Shown here piece after piece: positions 18,572 through 28,739 of a DNA stretch of 64,000 bases. The DNA lies in IMG/VR virus record IMGVR_UViG_2595698524_000001, positions 64,001-128,000 of that record; one strand, given 5' to 3'. The notes below the pieces were generated by a model, which searched no databases, was not told the origin of the DNA, and saw nothing but the letters and a program-made list of their open reading frames with translations. Both the position numbers and the translations under genes were made by a program. The first letter of the stretch is position 1, and the number at the start of each line of letters is the position of its first letter. The stretch comes from a virus. Lineage: Duplodnaviria; Caudoviricetes.

Positions 18572-19048
18572 ATGTATCTCATCGATGTTGAACGTGACAA
18601 AATTCCAGTCGGGACATTCCCCGGCCTGAATGAATGGTTAGACGATATTAATTCGGTTCGCTCGACACCGGTAACCTTTACGTTAGCGGTAGAAGACGAT
18701 GTGGCTGTGGGCGTGTGTATCCATGAGCCCGGTCACATTCTGTATCTGATCGTGGCGAAAGACGAACGTCGTCAGGGTTACGGGTCTACGTTATTGAAGA
18801 ATGTAACCAACCTCTCTAAAGGCCCTGTATGGCTCCGTATCGAACCGAATAACTGCGAAGGTATTTGCTTCTTTACCTCTCACGGAGCGGTTATAGACCG
18901 CGTACACGTCGCAGAAGAGGGTGGTGTGTTTCATCGTATGGTACTTGGTGCCAAATCGAAACGCGCAACCCCGCCAGAGGAGACTTCTTTACTACATTAT
19001 TTAGCTAACACACCTGTGTTCGTTTCGGTGGCGGGTAAGATCGTATAA
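18572..19048 (+). CDS. GNAT-family acetyltransferase
   Basis: Acetyl-CoA motif A: LIVAKDERRQGYGSTLL. Confidence 0.8.
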   Translation: MYLIDVERDKIPVGTFPGLNEWLDDINSVRSTPVTFTLAVEDDVAVGVCIHEPGHILYLIVAKDERRQGYGSTLLKNVTNLSKGPVWLRIEPNNCEGICFFTSHGAVIDRVHVAEEGGVFHRMVLGAKSKRATPPEETSLLHYLANTPVFVSVAGKIV

Positions 19049-19072
19049 TTTACCCCTGGGAGCGAAGTAACT

Positions 19073-19597
19073 ATGAAACGTGTTGTCTATGAAAAATGGA
19101 TTTCATGCGAAGAAGGGCCCAAACGGGTTCGTTGTGTGGATGTAGTACCGACTTACGAAGTCAACGAAGCCGCATCCACTCTTCGTGGCTCGACTGTAAA
19201 CTTTCTGAGTGTGAAGTCTGTTGAATTGAAGCTGCCCCAACAGCCTCGACCGACAACCAAATACTCAGGCCCGCAGTTCGAGCCTTTGCGACAGCACCTT
19301 TATCGGCACTATCGACGTTCATCTTGGCGCGCCTGCGTTGAGTTGCTAATCGATGATCTAATAGTTGACCTAGAATGGGACAGGGTCGTGGCACAAGCTG
19401 GCTATGACCAGATCCCATTTCAGGTACGCTGGAATAAATTTAAAGAGGCCTACCACAAGGAACTGTACTGGTCACCTAACACACGCAACATGATGCGCCG
19501 TCTTGAAACCATGCCGTGGCTTCAACCTTATCTTAATCAGAAACCTTGTCATAATGCGAATGTACTGATGTCGACCCCAGACCACGCCCCCGTTTAA
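19073..19597 (+). CDS. hypothetical protein
   Basis: 174-aa ORF in operon. Confidence 0.7.
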   Translation: MKRVVYEKWISCEEGPKRVRCVDVVPTYEVNEAASTLRGSTVNFLSVKSVELKLPQQPRPTTKYSGPQFEPLRQHLYRHYRRSSWRACVELLIDDLIVDLEWDRVVAQAGYDQIPFQVRWNKFKEAYHKELYWSPNTRNMMRRLETMPWLQPYLNQKPCHNANVLMSTPDHAPV

Positions 19598-19626
19598 TAT
19601 GACCTTCGGTTATCGGGAGATTGGTT

Positions 19627-20301
19627 ATGTCAAAAGAGCTCTACACTCTCATCCAAGAACGGATGAAGAAAGACCTCGTCTACACCGCCAAGGTTGACGG
19701 TGTTTGGGGTGGCGGAAGTGAACGCGCTTTTGCTACGGGTATCGCGCGGGGAATCGATTATGCCGATGGTCTGTTCGACATTGCATGGTCTGCAAAAGTG
19801 TCCCCGGAGTTTGTCCGTAAGCTTAAAGGGATTGCACAACAGCTACAGCTTACTAAAAAAGGTCCGGACGAAATGATGGGCTGCATGGCTTTTGAGTCTG
19901 GTGAGACGTTCAGTCCTACCATTCGCAACGGAGCCGGCGCGCCGTATTACGGCATCATTCAATTCGGTGAAGACGCAGCGAAAGATGCAGGTACTACTTT
20001 ATCTGCTCTGTTGAAGATGACTGCTGAAGAACAGCTCGACTACGTGTACCGTTTCTTTAAACCGTACACCGGCAAGCTGCATGATATCAGCGACATCTAC
20101 ATGCGCATCCTTTGGCCTGCTGCGGTGGGTAAACCGTTGAACTCGGTCCTTTGGGACCAGAAGACACGGCCAACCACGTACGCGCAGAATAAAGGTCTTG
20201 ACTTGAACTTCGACAAAGTCATCACTAAAGCCGAAGCTGCTGCAAAGGTACAAGAAAAACTGAACCGTGGGATGTCCCCACTTTTCCGTCGGCCATTATA
20301 A
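19627..20301 (+). CDS. endolysin (short peptidoglycan-binding motif plus lysozyme/transglycosylase-like domain)
   Basis: VDGVWGGGS PG-binding motif; MAFESG catalytic Glu; GIIQF; EQLDYV. Confidence 0.8.
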   Translation: MSKELYTLIQERMKKDLVYTAKVDGVWGGGSERAFATGIARGIDYADGLFDIAWSAKVSPEFVRKLKGIAQQLQLTKKGPDEMMGCMAFESGETFSPTIRNGAGAPYYGIIQFGEDAAKDAGTTLSALLKMTAEEQLDYVYRFFKPYTGKLHDISDIYMRILWPAAVGKPLNSVLWDQKTRPTTYAQNKGLDLNFDKVITKAEAAAKVQEKLNRGMSPLFRRPL

Positions 20302-20310
20302 GTGTGTCTA

Positions 20311-20339
20311 TAAGGGGGCGTTTGCCCCCTTATTTTTTT
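20311..20339 (+). terminator. intrinsic terminator
   Basis: TAAGGGGGC-GTTT-GCCCCCTTA then T-tract. Confidence 0.85.
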
Positions 20340-20376
20340 GTCTCAATTACTATGACTAGGGCGAAGGAGTAGTAAA

Positions 20377-20907
20377 ATGGGTTACGTTATTAATTTTGGA
20401 ACTAAGCATGATACGTCGCTCTTAGAGAAAATCAACGCGATAAACGCAGCCACTGTAGGCCGGAAGCTGAAGGTTGAGGATATCGAAATCGTTGAATTAA
20501 GCGAGCTGCCTTCCGGGGCATTTAGCGTGGAGTTAATCAACCGTGAAGACCTGACGGATACAGTGGTCATTTCACATGAGAAGCTCGATTTAGCGGATTT
20601 TCTTAAGCATGAACTGGCAGATTTAACATGGTGGGACCCGGACAACTTTGATGCAACACGCGATACCGCGGCTGCAACGGTGATGTTCAACAACGCCATT
20701 ATCAAAGCAGGTATTATCGCCTCCAACGCATGGGAACCCGGCAGTGGCAAAATAGCAATCGTCTACGATGCCGCCACGTCGCAATACACCATGGTGTTTA
20801 CGTGTACATCGCACGTGTGGAAAGAATACCGCTTCGACCTGCCGCGCAGTTTTGCTAGTGTGTTCTCTGAGCAAGTTCTGCCGGGGTTTGTAGCTGACGA
20901 CGTCTAA
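20377..20907 (+). CDS. probable virion protein, divergent member of the tail paralog family
   Basis: LLEKINAIN, EKLDLADF and C-terminal SVFSEQVLPGF resemble family motifs; AAGGAG SD. Confidence 0.65.
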   Translation: MGYVINFGTKHDTSLLEKINAINAATVGRKLKVEDIEIVELSELPSGAFSVELINREDLTDTVVISHEKLDLADFLKHELADLTWWDPDNFDATRDTAAATVMFNNAIIKAGIIASNAWEPGSGKIAIVYDAATSQYTMVFTCTSHVWKEYRFDLPRSFASVFSEQVLPGFVADDV

Positions 20908-20914
20908 GAAATGC

Positions 20915-20954
20915 AGAGAGTATCTTCGGATACTCTCTTTTTCTTTTATTTTTT
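20915..20954 (+). terminator. intrinsic terminator, cUUCGg hairpin
   Basis: AGAGAGTATC-TTCG-GATACTCTCT then T-tract. Confidence 0.85.
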
Positions 20955-20998
20955 ACAACAGACCTGTTTGATATAGATGAGCAGCGAGGTGAGGTCTA

Positions 20999-21595
20999 AT
21001 GGGAGCCGCAATTCGGATAGCCATTATTGGTTCAAGAAAAACTGACGGGGAAACCATGTCAGAGATGGGGAAGGTCATGGCGGCAATGATTCGTAAGGCC
21101 GTCAGTATGGAGATACCCATCGAAATTACATCCGGAGCTTGTGCGGAAGGACCTGACCAAGTACAACTCATGTTGTCGCGCATATTCGACGACGAGTTGG
21201 TAACGTTCACTGCGTATCTACCGGACGATAAAAAGCTTTGGCTTTCTAAAGTCTATCCTAGGGTTAAGTTTGTTGTGGGAACAGACGATGACCGCCATCG
21301 AGCGACAGTCGAAGAACTGCATCCTGCCCCACAGAACTTAAAAGATTATGCGTACAAACTACACGGGAGGAACTTAGAGATAATAGCTGGCGAGAGTTTA
21401 GGGGACCTCGTCGACGCAGTCTACTTTTCAGCACCTGAGAACGAAAAGGGAATTGTTTCAGGTGGCACAGCAATGGGGGTATCGTACGCACGACAGCGTA
21501 ACGTCCCTACATTCAACGCATCTACACCTGACGGAACTGATGCTTTTATTAGACATGTGCGTACTCTCATCCGTAACTACTCACGGAAAGAGTGA
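20999..21595 (+). CDS. SLOG-superfamily (DprA/Smf-like) nucleotide-binding protein
   Basis: IAIIGSR, ITSGACAEGPD, GRN and SGGT motifs. Confidence 0.7.
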   Translation: MGAAIRIAIIGSRKTDGETMSEMGKVMAAMIRKAVSMEIPIEITSGACAEGPDQVQLMLSRIFDDELVTFTAYLPDDKKLWLSKVYPRVKFVVGTDDDRHRATVEELHPAPQNLKDYAYKLHGRNLEIIAGESLGDLVDAVYFSAPENEKGIVSGGTAMGVSYARQRNVPTFNASTPDGTDAFIRHVRTLIRNYSRKE

Positions 21596-21653
21596 CAGTC
21601 AGAACGGAGTTATGTGATAGAGAGTGTAGCAGTACAGCCCACTGGGGGTTACT

Positions 21654-22901
21654 ATGCTTTCCATCAGCAACGCGAATCTGGAGATGGTTCGTCGCTTTTG
21701 TACTGTAGAGACAGCAATACACACGTGCCCTGACACGGTATTAGACCTCGATAAAAACGTGGTCTTAGAGATGCTTGCCACTAACGAGATTTCTAAGGAA
21801 GTGGCATTGCGTGCAGCGTATGTTTTAGGATGCACTTTGGGAACGGTTCGGGACATGACCCTGTTGGAGCGTATTGCTTCACTGAGTAACCCTGCCTACG
21901 CAAAGAGCTGGTATAGCATGAGAGACTACTGGTCTCGCCTGCTTTATTGTAACCCAGAAAATTCCGACCTGCTCTCCGTGGTCTTACGTCATTTGAATCC
22001 TGAGGATATCAGACGTCATGACTACAGTGTTGAGCGGTATTTGGCCGCGAAGGTGCCTTTTATCGGCGACATTGCTGGTGCGCCTTCCAGTGCGACGATT
22101 CGCTATGCCCAACCGAAGTTCGAACCGAACGACCCGGTATTGGCTGAATGGCGTCGTCGTCTCACTCCCGCCATGGCAGTTAAATTGTTTGATAGTACCG
22201 GCTGGGATATTTTCAACCCGGCATCGGATGACTACATCATGGTTGACACCACTGATGAGCAAACCGAACTGTTGTTGGATTCTGATAAACCGTTAACCGT
22301 GGTGGTATCTCGCGGACGTTGGACACGGAGTAACATCGAGCGTATCTTGAGTCGAATCGAGAACTCGCCTGCACGAGACGGGCTGATGATTATTCTGTAC
22401 GAACGTGTTTGCGAATTATGGGGAGATTCTTCTGTTCTGGCGAAATTGGTCCGTGACCATCTTCGTTACGCAGCCATTATGGATGCTGAACATGTGCAGA
22501 AGATTTATACCACCGGTTGGCATTGTTGCGTGCCGCCAATCCATTATTACTTGGTTAACGCCAACTATTTGGATTTGCGTCGTTTGATTGAAACGAATTT
22601 CAATGCCCGGGTAACAATCTTTGACATCGTTAGGAACGCCACGCCAGAGGCTATTCGAGCAGTAGGCGTAGAAGCCGTTCGCTGGCTCGTGGAGTACCAT
22701 CCGCACGACTACAAAGGTATCCGTAACGTGTTAAACGTTATTGCCAATCACACGACGTCCGTTGCGTGGTCGGAAGATACTGCTGCGATTATGATGCGTG
22801 GTCTGCGTAGAACCTACACGAAAAAACTGATTCTTCAGTTTATTCTGATGTCGACTTTCCCACACGAGTTAAAAGAGGAGCTCGTGCAATTACCGTGTTA
22901 A
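21654..22901 (+). CDS. hypothetical protein
   Basis: 415-aa ORF, no recognised motif. Confidence 0.75.
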   Translation: MLSISNANLEMVRRFCTVETAIHTCPDTVLDLDKNVVLEMLATNEISKEVALRAAYVLGCTLGTVRDMTLLERIASLSNPAYAKSWYSMRDYWSRLLYCNPENSDLLSVVLRHLNPEDIRRHDYSVERYLAAKVPFIGDIAGAPSSATIRYAQPKFEPNDPVLAEWRRRLTPAMAVKLFDSTGWDIFNPASDDYIMVDTTDEQTELLLDSDKPLTVVVSRGRWTRSNIERILSRIENSPARDGLMIILYERVCELWGDSSVLAKLVRDHLRYAAIMDAEHVQKIYTTGWHCCVPPIHYYLVNANYLDLRRLIETNFNARVTIFDIVRNATPEAIRAVGVEAVRWLVEYHPHDYKGIRNVLNVIANHTTSVAWSEDTAAIMMRGLRRTYTKKLILQFILMSTFPHELKEELVQLPC

Positions 22902-22947
22902 CAAACTTTCCTCTTGGTATGGTTGTACTCGCCTAGGAGAGAAAGGT

Positions 22948-23220
22948 ATGAAAGCTTCACTTGTTAACGTGGGACTGGCAGTGCTTAAACTGCTTTCATT
23001 AGTAAAGCGTCCCAAACCCGTGGCCCGACATGAGCCGTGGGAGGGTTCTGAGGAAGACTTCTTTGACAAAATGCTCAATGAAGGTACGTACGCGGTATCT
23101 GACAACACTGCACGCGCGGTGGTTACCACGTATCACGACAAAGAGACTCACGAACAACTGGGAATGGCTGTTCGCTGGCCTAACCGTCATCTCTACTTCG
23201 AAACCACGCGGAAGAGTTGA
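22948..23220 (+). CDS. hypothetical protein
   Basis: 90 aa with AGGAG SD; hydrophobic N-terminus; followed by a hairpin. Confidence 0.65.
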   Translation: MKASLVNVGLAVLKLLSLVKRPKPVARHEPWEGSEEDFFDKMLNEGTYAVSDNTARAVVTTYHDKETHEQLGMAVRWPNRHLYFETTRKS

Positions 23221-23365
23221 GGTATCGGCACCCAAAGCCCCGTGTTAGCACGACGTTGATACGGGGCTTTTATCTTAAAACAAATTCTCTCCCTTATTGT
23301 GAGCAGTACAAATCTCTCTTACCGTATTGGTAAGACATTTTGACTACAACAGTAAGGTGCGTGCT

Positions 23366-24118
23366 ATGGGACGTGAAAAACAACGTGTAGGTCGTAAAGC
23401 TCGTCAGCAGTCTGGTAAAGGGCAAGTTATCCCGTTCCCTGACCAAGACCTTGATGAATCGTTGCCGCAGTTAAAACGCGATACCAGTCCGATTGAACCA
23501 CGCAATCCGTGCCAGCAACATTACATGCTCGCACTGGAAACGAAAAATCTTATCTTCGCCACCGGCGAAGCGGGGTGTGGGAAAACGTTTATTTCCGCCG
23601 CATACGCTTGCGAACGTTTGCTGGCCAAAGATATCGAACGTATCATCGTCACTCGTCCGGTGCTCTCCGCAGATGAAGATTTAGGCTTCCTGCCCGGCGA
23701 CGTTGCCGAAAAATTCGCCCCGTACTTCCGCCCTGTTTATGACGTTCTTCAAAAACGTCTCGGTAGCCGCTACCTGCAATACTGCCTTAAGCCCGGTATC
23801 GACAAAGTGGAGATTGCTCCTTTTGCGTACATGCGTGGCCGCAGTTTCGAAAATGCGGTTGTCATTTTAGATGAAGCTCAGAACACTACTGCTCAGCAGA
23901 TGAAGCTCTTCCTGACACGTATCGGGGAGAACTGTATCGTTATCGTAAACGGTGACGTCACACAGTGCGACTTGCCCAAAGGGGTGAAGTCTGGACTGGC
24001 CGACGCGTTGACCCGTTTCGAGGAAGACGATTTAGTTGGCGTCGTTCGTTTTACGAAAGACGACTGTGTGCGCTCTTTGCTTTGTCAGCGTGCGTTGAAA
24101 GCGTACGGGGACGAATAA
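23366..24118 (+). CDS. phoH: PhoH-family ATPase
   Basis: GEAGCGKT, RIIVTRP, LGFLPGD, YMRGRSF, DEAQN and GDVTQCD; closely resembles enterobacterial PhoH; start at MGREKQ. Confidence 0.95.
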   Translation: MGREKQRVGRKARQQSGKGQVIPFPDQDLDESLPQLKRDTSPIEPRNPCQQHYMLALETKNLIFATGEAGCGKTFISAAYACERLLAKDIERIIVTRPVLSADEDLGFLPGDVAEKFAPYFRPVYDVLQKRLGSRYLQYCLKPGIDKVEIAPFAYMRGRSFENAVVILDEAQNTTAQQMKLFLTRIGENCIVIVNGDVTQCDLPKGVKSGLADALTRFEEDDLVGVVRFTKDDCVRSLLCQRALKAYGDE

Positions 24119-24123
24119 AAAAA

Positions 24124-24158
24124 GTGAGGGGCTTTTGCCCCTCACCATTTATTTTTTT
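24124..24158 (+). terminator. intrinsic terminator
   Basis: GTGAGGGGC-TTTT-GCCCCTCAC then CATTTATTTTTTT. Confidence 0.8.
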
Positions 24159-24181
24159 CATTTTGCGAACGAAAATAATCT

Positions 24182-24203
24182 CAGATATATATTACTTTAG
24201 TGA
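24182..24203 (+). promoter_or_regulatory. putative early promoter
   Basis: CAGATATATATTACTTTAGTGA contains TATATTAC, the phiKZ early promoter consensus. Confidence 0.7.
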
Positions 24204-24248
24204 ATAACAATGGTTATTCTTTATTCAACTATCGTGGAGATTTCATTT

Positions 24249-24725
24249 ATGTTCGCTATTCAATCTTTCAATTTCGAAAAGGTTTGTGATGTGGTTCGTG
24301 AAGACGGCTTTTACAATAAAGCCAAAGACGGGCTGCCGAAGAATATGCAGGTGCTTGAGAAAGCCACTGAGCAGCAGCTCGCTGCATTCGCCATTCATCG
24401 TACCGGTATTAATGAACATGTTCTGCCGTGGCTGCCGACCCTGAACATTATCCCTTCGCCGATTAAGAAGTATCAGGCGTTGATTGTGGTCGACCGTGGG
24501 AATAAAACTTTCCTTGAAACAATGGAAGGTTTCAAAGTTGCACGTGTAGTCCGCGTACCGCACGGTACCGCTGAGCCAATACTGCACGAAGGCAAAAGCG
24601 TTATTATCAACCTGTCTGAGCACAAAATCGCGTTCAGTCGTATTGCCCTGTTCTTTACGGGGTTCTGGGCTGCGTATCAGGAAGGTAAAAAGAATGCGTT
24701 ACTGAAACGCATGTTTCGTAAGTAA
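24249..24725 (+). CDS. hypothetical protein
   Basis: GGAGA SD before ATG 24249. Confidence 0.75.
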   Translation: MFAIQSFNFEKVCDVVREDGFYNKAKDGLPKNMQVLEKATEQQLAAFAIHRTGINEHVLPWLPTLNIIPSPIKKYQALIVVDRGNKTFLETMEGFKVARVVRVPHGTAEPILHEGKSVIINLSEHKIAFSRIALFFTGFWAAYQEGKKNALLKRMFRK

Positions 24726-24772
24726 GTTGTAGTAACAGTAGTACAAAAATAATCGATTAATTAGGAGCTATC

Positions 24773-25204
24773 ATGGAATACACTTTTGAAAATGTCACTA
24801 CTCGTAAATATACCGTTGGCGTGTGCACCATCACGTGGATGGATAACGGTAATCAGCGTAAAGCAACCCTGTCGCTGAACGGGAAGGAAATGTGCAAGTG
24901 GGAAGAGAACGAAGAAGGTCGCTGGATTGCCTCCGCCGCTATTGAGTTCATGGACCGTTTGAAGAAACGCAAATTCTCCCACGAAAATACCTTCTGCATC
25001 TACGCCTGTATCGGCCGTATGCTGGAAGCGCCTCATGCTGGCCTGCACTGGCAGGATTTCCACCGCCCGGGTTCTGTTGGTTCGGCTATCGTCCGTGCAC
25101 AAGCAATGTGCGGGTTGATTTTCCGTGTTAACAAGAAGTACCAAATTCCGAGCACCGTCTCCTCCATCAATACTGCCGATGTGTCTCGCGCCCATCTGCA
25201 CTAA
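24773..25204 (+). CDS. hypothetical protein
   Basis: AGGAG SD; followed by a UUCG hairpin at 25228-25247. Confidence 0.8.
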   Translation: MEYTFENVTTRKYTVGVCTITWMDNGNQRKATLSLNGKEMCKWEENEEGRWIASAAIEFMDRLKKRKFSHENTFCIYACIGRMLEAPHAGLHWQDFHRPGSVGSAIVRAQAMCGLIFRVNKKYQIPSTVSSINTADVSRAHLH

Positions 25205-25301
25205 GCATTAGTGGCTGTCGACGTTTAGCCCCTACTTCGGTAGGGGCATCTTTTTAATTTCTTCGTGTCAAACAATCTATCTAACTTATCTGGAGCTAAT
25301 C

Positions 25302-26090
25302 ATGTTTAAATTCGAACCTACTGACATTCTGCACAACATCGACAACAACGCACTGGAAAACAACTATGCGGTTAACTGGGAAGCGCTCGACGCTGCTGGT
25401 TTCCGCTTCGACGCCTACAAAGGCGAGAAAGAAGGTACCGAGTATCTGCTCATCGTCGCCGGTCGCAACGTGGGTATGATTACGCGCACTAAAGGTGTGG
25501 TCGAAGCGATTCGTGTGGCTGACGACGCACAATCTCGTCAGGCGCTGGAAACTCTGATTGAGAAGAATCTCGATTGGCGCTTCTACGAGAACGGTAGCTT
25601 AGGCTATACCGTGCAAAAACCACGCGCTTTCCTGAGCCGTCTGTTCGGTAAGAAAGCATCCAATATCGCCGCTGTTAAAGAAGAGGTAAATGCACAATTG
25701 AAAAACGCACAGGAAAAACTGGCTAAAGCCAAAGAAGCGTTAAAAGACGATACTTCTCCTGAAGCAGCTGCGGCTGCAGAAGCAGTTGAAGGTTTAACGC
25801 AGGTTGTACAGGCGATGAGTGACGACGTTAACTCGCCGGAAGTCAAAGCGGAAGAAAGCCAGAGTGAACCTAAGCGCAACCTGTCTATGGCAGTGGCTGC
25901 GATTAATCACAACGGCCAACCGCTGGCTGACCGTCTGGCGGCAATGCGTCTGCTCGTCGATATGGAAGAGTTCGCTAACGACCCACAACTGCCTGCACTG
26001 CGTGTCAACCTTGGCCAATCGGTGATGGTGAAAGTGGAAGTCGAAGTAGAAATTCCTAATCCGGATGCGGTCGCCGCATCTGCGAACTAA
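25302..26090 (+). CDS. hypothetical protein with coiled-coil/Ala-rich segment
   Basis: 262 aa; strong codon bias; leader shared with the gene at 142. Confidence 0.85.
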   Translation: MFKFEPTDILHNIDNNALENNYAVNWEALDAAGFRFDAYKGEKEGTEYLLIVAGRNVGMITRTKGVVEAIRVADDAQSRQALETLIEKNLDWRFYENGSLGYTVQKPRAFLSRLFGKKASNIAAVKEEVNAQLKNAQEKLAKAKEALKDDTSPEAAAAAEAVEGLTQVVQAMSDDVNSPEVKAEESQSEPKRNLSMAVAAINHNGQPLADRLAAMRLLVDMEEFANDPQLPALRVNLGQSVMVKVEVEVEIPNPDAVAASAN

Positions 26091-26160
26091 GAATAAGGGG
26101 CTCCGGCCCCTTTTCTTTTTTTGCCCTTTGATATGTATCCCTCAACCTCCGAGACAAACT

Positions 26161-27213
26161 ATGGACCTTTTAGACCATGACTTGGACAGAGACTTTGCCG
26201 TACTGTCGGAAGACTTCGAAACAGTGCTGGCACTCGAGTCCTTAGGCGTTAAGCCGCATGACGTAGCACTGCTCACCATTGCTAACCGTTGGGTTGCTCG
26301 CGAGTATTACGGCGAAGGTGGCGTTGCATTAGGTAAACGTATCACGAAAGATGCGGCGAAAGCCGCACTCCGTGGTGCGGCAACTGGCACTAAGAAACTT
26401 TCATCACATTTGGCCAATACTTTTATGGAGTGGGCTAAAGCACGCGACGGACAAATCCGCGCGAAGCTTGCCGACGCCACATCGAAGGGCGAAACCCTCC
26501 GGGGTAAAACGGCTAAACTCCAATCGCACGTTCTCGGTTTGAAGTCGCTCAATAAGCACGACGTGAAAACCGGGAGCTGGACCTCCAAAGTTTGTCAGGA
26601 AGATAAGGTCAATGTACAAGCATGCATTCAATTGGCTCATGGCCATGCTAGTCTCGACGATATTGTCGAAGCCTATACCGTATTCACCAAATCCGTTCTC
26701 AAGGGTCCGGCCAAACGTGAAGGTAATGGGCTTACCAAACTCGGCCACTCCACCGCCAGCGCTGTAAAACGTGCCTCAGGCATTCTCGGCTTATTGCACA
26801 CCAAATCCGTTGATGGGTATCCACTGCCCGGTAACGTCTTTGTTGTGGTGTCTAATCCCGGCACCCGCACTGAGCGTGTACAGTTCGCTGTAGCCCGTGA
26901 TGGTGAATATGGCGACACTGTCCCGTCGTTATCCTTGCAGCAGTGTAAGGACGCGTTAAATGCCGCAGAGACGCTCAGTAAAGCTATCTATCAGCGCGGT
27001 ACGAAACGTGGCGTATTTTCCTACAGCGGCATTTACGACAACATCCAATCTATTGAGGGTGAACTCGACCGCGACGACATTTCCAATCGTGAAGTGCATG
27101 AGATTACTCAGCGCTACAAAAACGCGATTGAAATCGAGGATGCCATTACCACGGCGTTGGTACGTGTAACCGAAGGGTTGCTGGAATACGTCCAGCGTTC
27201 AATCAAATCCTAA
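26161..27213 (+). CDS. probable processed internal head protein
   Basis: Acidic N-terminus ending in LALES (A-x-E prohead protease motif); own TATG leader and terminator. Confidence 0.6.
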   Translation: MDLLDHDLDRDFAVLSEDFETVLALESLGVKPHDVALLTIANRWVAREYYGEGGVALGKRITKDAAKAALRGAATGTKKLSSHLANTFMEWAKARDGQIRAKLADATSKGETLRGKTAKLQSHVLGLKSLNKHDVKTGSWTSKVCQEDKVNVQACIQLAHGHASLDDIVEAYTVFTKSVLKGPAKREGNGLTKLGHSTASAVKRASGILGLLHTKSVDGYPLPGNVFVVVSNPGTRTERVQFAVARDGEYGDTVPSLSLQQCKDALNAAETLSKAIYQRGTKRGVFSYSGIYDNIQSIEGELDRDDISNREVHEITQRYKNAIEIEDAITTALVRVTEGLLEYVQRSIKS

Positions 27214-27264
27214 ATAAAGGGGCTTCGGCCCTTTTATTTTTTTAATACATGAAGGTGTCCTTAT

Positions 27265-27741
27265 ATGGGCGAAATACGAGATGTCGAATTTGTGGTGTTT
27301 ACGGATATGGAGAGTGGTCTGTATCGCCAGCTTGAACCGCAACTTTTGAAGTTGCAGGAAGAGTTAACAAAGCAGGAGCTGACATCTAGCTTCGCCGCTT
27401 TAGGGATTGACATGGGTGACTTTACCATCCCGCCCGTGAATCCGGGTTGGTGGAAAGGTTCCCTGTTGGTTGCTTACAATGAAGACCGTGTCCATGGGAT
27501 GCTTAGCATTCGTCCAGACACCTCGGCTGAGCAGGCTAAGATTACCAATGTCATCGTCCATCGAGACTCTCGCGGGTTTGGTATTGCAACGGAGCTTATG
27601 AACCGTGCGACTGAACAAGCAAAGGGTGAAGGGTTTACTACCGTCACTTTGGATGTGATGCACGACAACACAATTGCTGAAGAGTTCTATCGGAAGTTGG
27701 GTTACGCGCAGCTCACCAAAAAGATGTTTAAATACCTTTAA
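27265..27741 (+). CDS. GNAT-family acetyltransferase
   Basis: VIVHRDSRGFGIATELM and N..A..FYRKLGY motifs. Confidence 0.9.
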   Translation: MGEIRDVEFVVFTDMESGLYRQLEPQLLKLQEELTKQELTSSFAALGIDMGDFTIPPVNPGWWKGSLLVAYNEDRVHGMLSIRPDTSAEQAKITNVIVHRDSRGFGIATELMNRATEQAKGEGFTTVTLDVMHDNTIAEEFYRKLGYAQLTKKMFKYL

Positions 27742-27799
27742 GTTCAATAAAAACAATAAGTTACTGTAGTATGGATACGCAAGCAGAGGAGTTTTTGGT

Positions 27800-28432
27800 A
27801 TGGTTTGTATTAAAAACGCTGTTGCAAGCGAAGGACGCCGCTACACCTTTAAAGTTAAGCGCTATTCGCTACCAGTTCATCTAGGCTGGACTGCCGTGCG
27901 GTTGTGGGGTAGGATTTGGAACCTCCCGCCCGGTTTGACTCGCCACCTCGAAGTGGAGTATATCGACCGTGTCTTTCGAGACGGTCCATCTCCACAGCTC
28001 CGTAACTTTGAATCCGTCTGCGCGTTACGTCCTACTGGGCAGACTACAGACGCGACAAAGCCGGGGGTGTATTGGGACGGCGCTAACCTTTTTCACGTTG
28101 GTCGAAAATGCTCTAAACCCAGTGTTACCGAAGTGATAGTGGAAACCGAAAAACAACGCTTCATTGGAATCGAAATCGCAGTCGAGAAAGACGGGGCCGA
28201 GTTACGGTATCAACTACTTACTGATAAGGACGTGGATATTAGGACGTTCTACAAATATCTCTTATTTCAGAAGCACCGTATTTCGGTGCGCGGCGTATCT
28301 GGCGCGTTTGGTAATTTCGCCACGATGCGTTTTGGACGTGATAAACGTTTGGAGGGTGAATGTATTACCACGAACTTAGACGGTACACGACTGCGCTTGC
28401 CGCAGCCCGAACCGCAAAAGATAACAGCCTAG
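27800..28432 (+). CDS. hypothetical protein
   Basis: AGGAG SD, 210 aa. Confidence 0.7.
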   Translation: MVCIKNAVASEGRRYTFKVKRYSLPVHLGWTAVRLWGRIWNLPPGLTRHLEVEYIDRVFRDGPSPQLRNFESVCALRPTGQTTDATKPGVYWDGANLFHVGRKCSKPSVTEVIVETEKQRFIGIEIAVEKDGAELRYQLLTDKDVDIRTFYKYLLFQKHRISVRGVSGAFGNFATMRFGRDKRLEGECITTNLDGTRLRLPQPEPQKITA

Positions 28433-28731
28433 CCGATGTCAAGGCTGCACTGGAGTCGATTGAGAACCCCCCGATTGTTATTCTGCAGGAGCGGAAAATC
28501 GGACGGTCTACTCAGGCGCATCTGCGTGTGGCTATCGGTAATGACTGTTTTCACTTGCGTTGCGTTATCAGCGAGCTTGCGTTTGCGATAATGCGTTCGA
28601 GTGTGAGTATCGATGGCACGAGAAAAGAGTGGTGCTGGAATAACAAACCAGTGGACTTTAAATTTGATGCAACAGACGAAGAACGTCAGACGCTGCATTC
28701 GTTTATAGCCGCAATCATTAACGCGTTATAG
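28360..28731 (+). CDS. hypothetical protein
   Basis: GGAGG SD; overlaps the previous gene by 73 bp. Confidence 0.65.
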   Translation: MYYHELRRYTTALAAARTAKDNSLADVKAALESIENPPIVILQERKIGRSTQAHLRVAIGNDCFHLRCVISELAFAIMRSSVSIDGTRKEWCWNNKPVDFKFDATDEERQTLHSFIAAIINAL

Positions 28732-28739
28732 GTGCTGTT

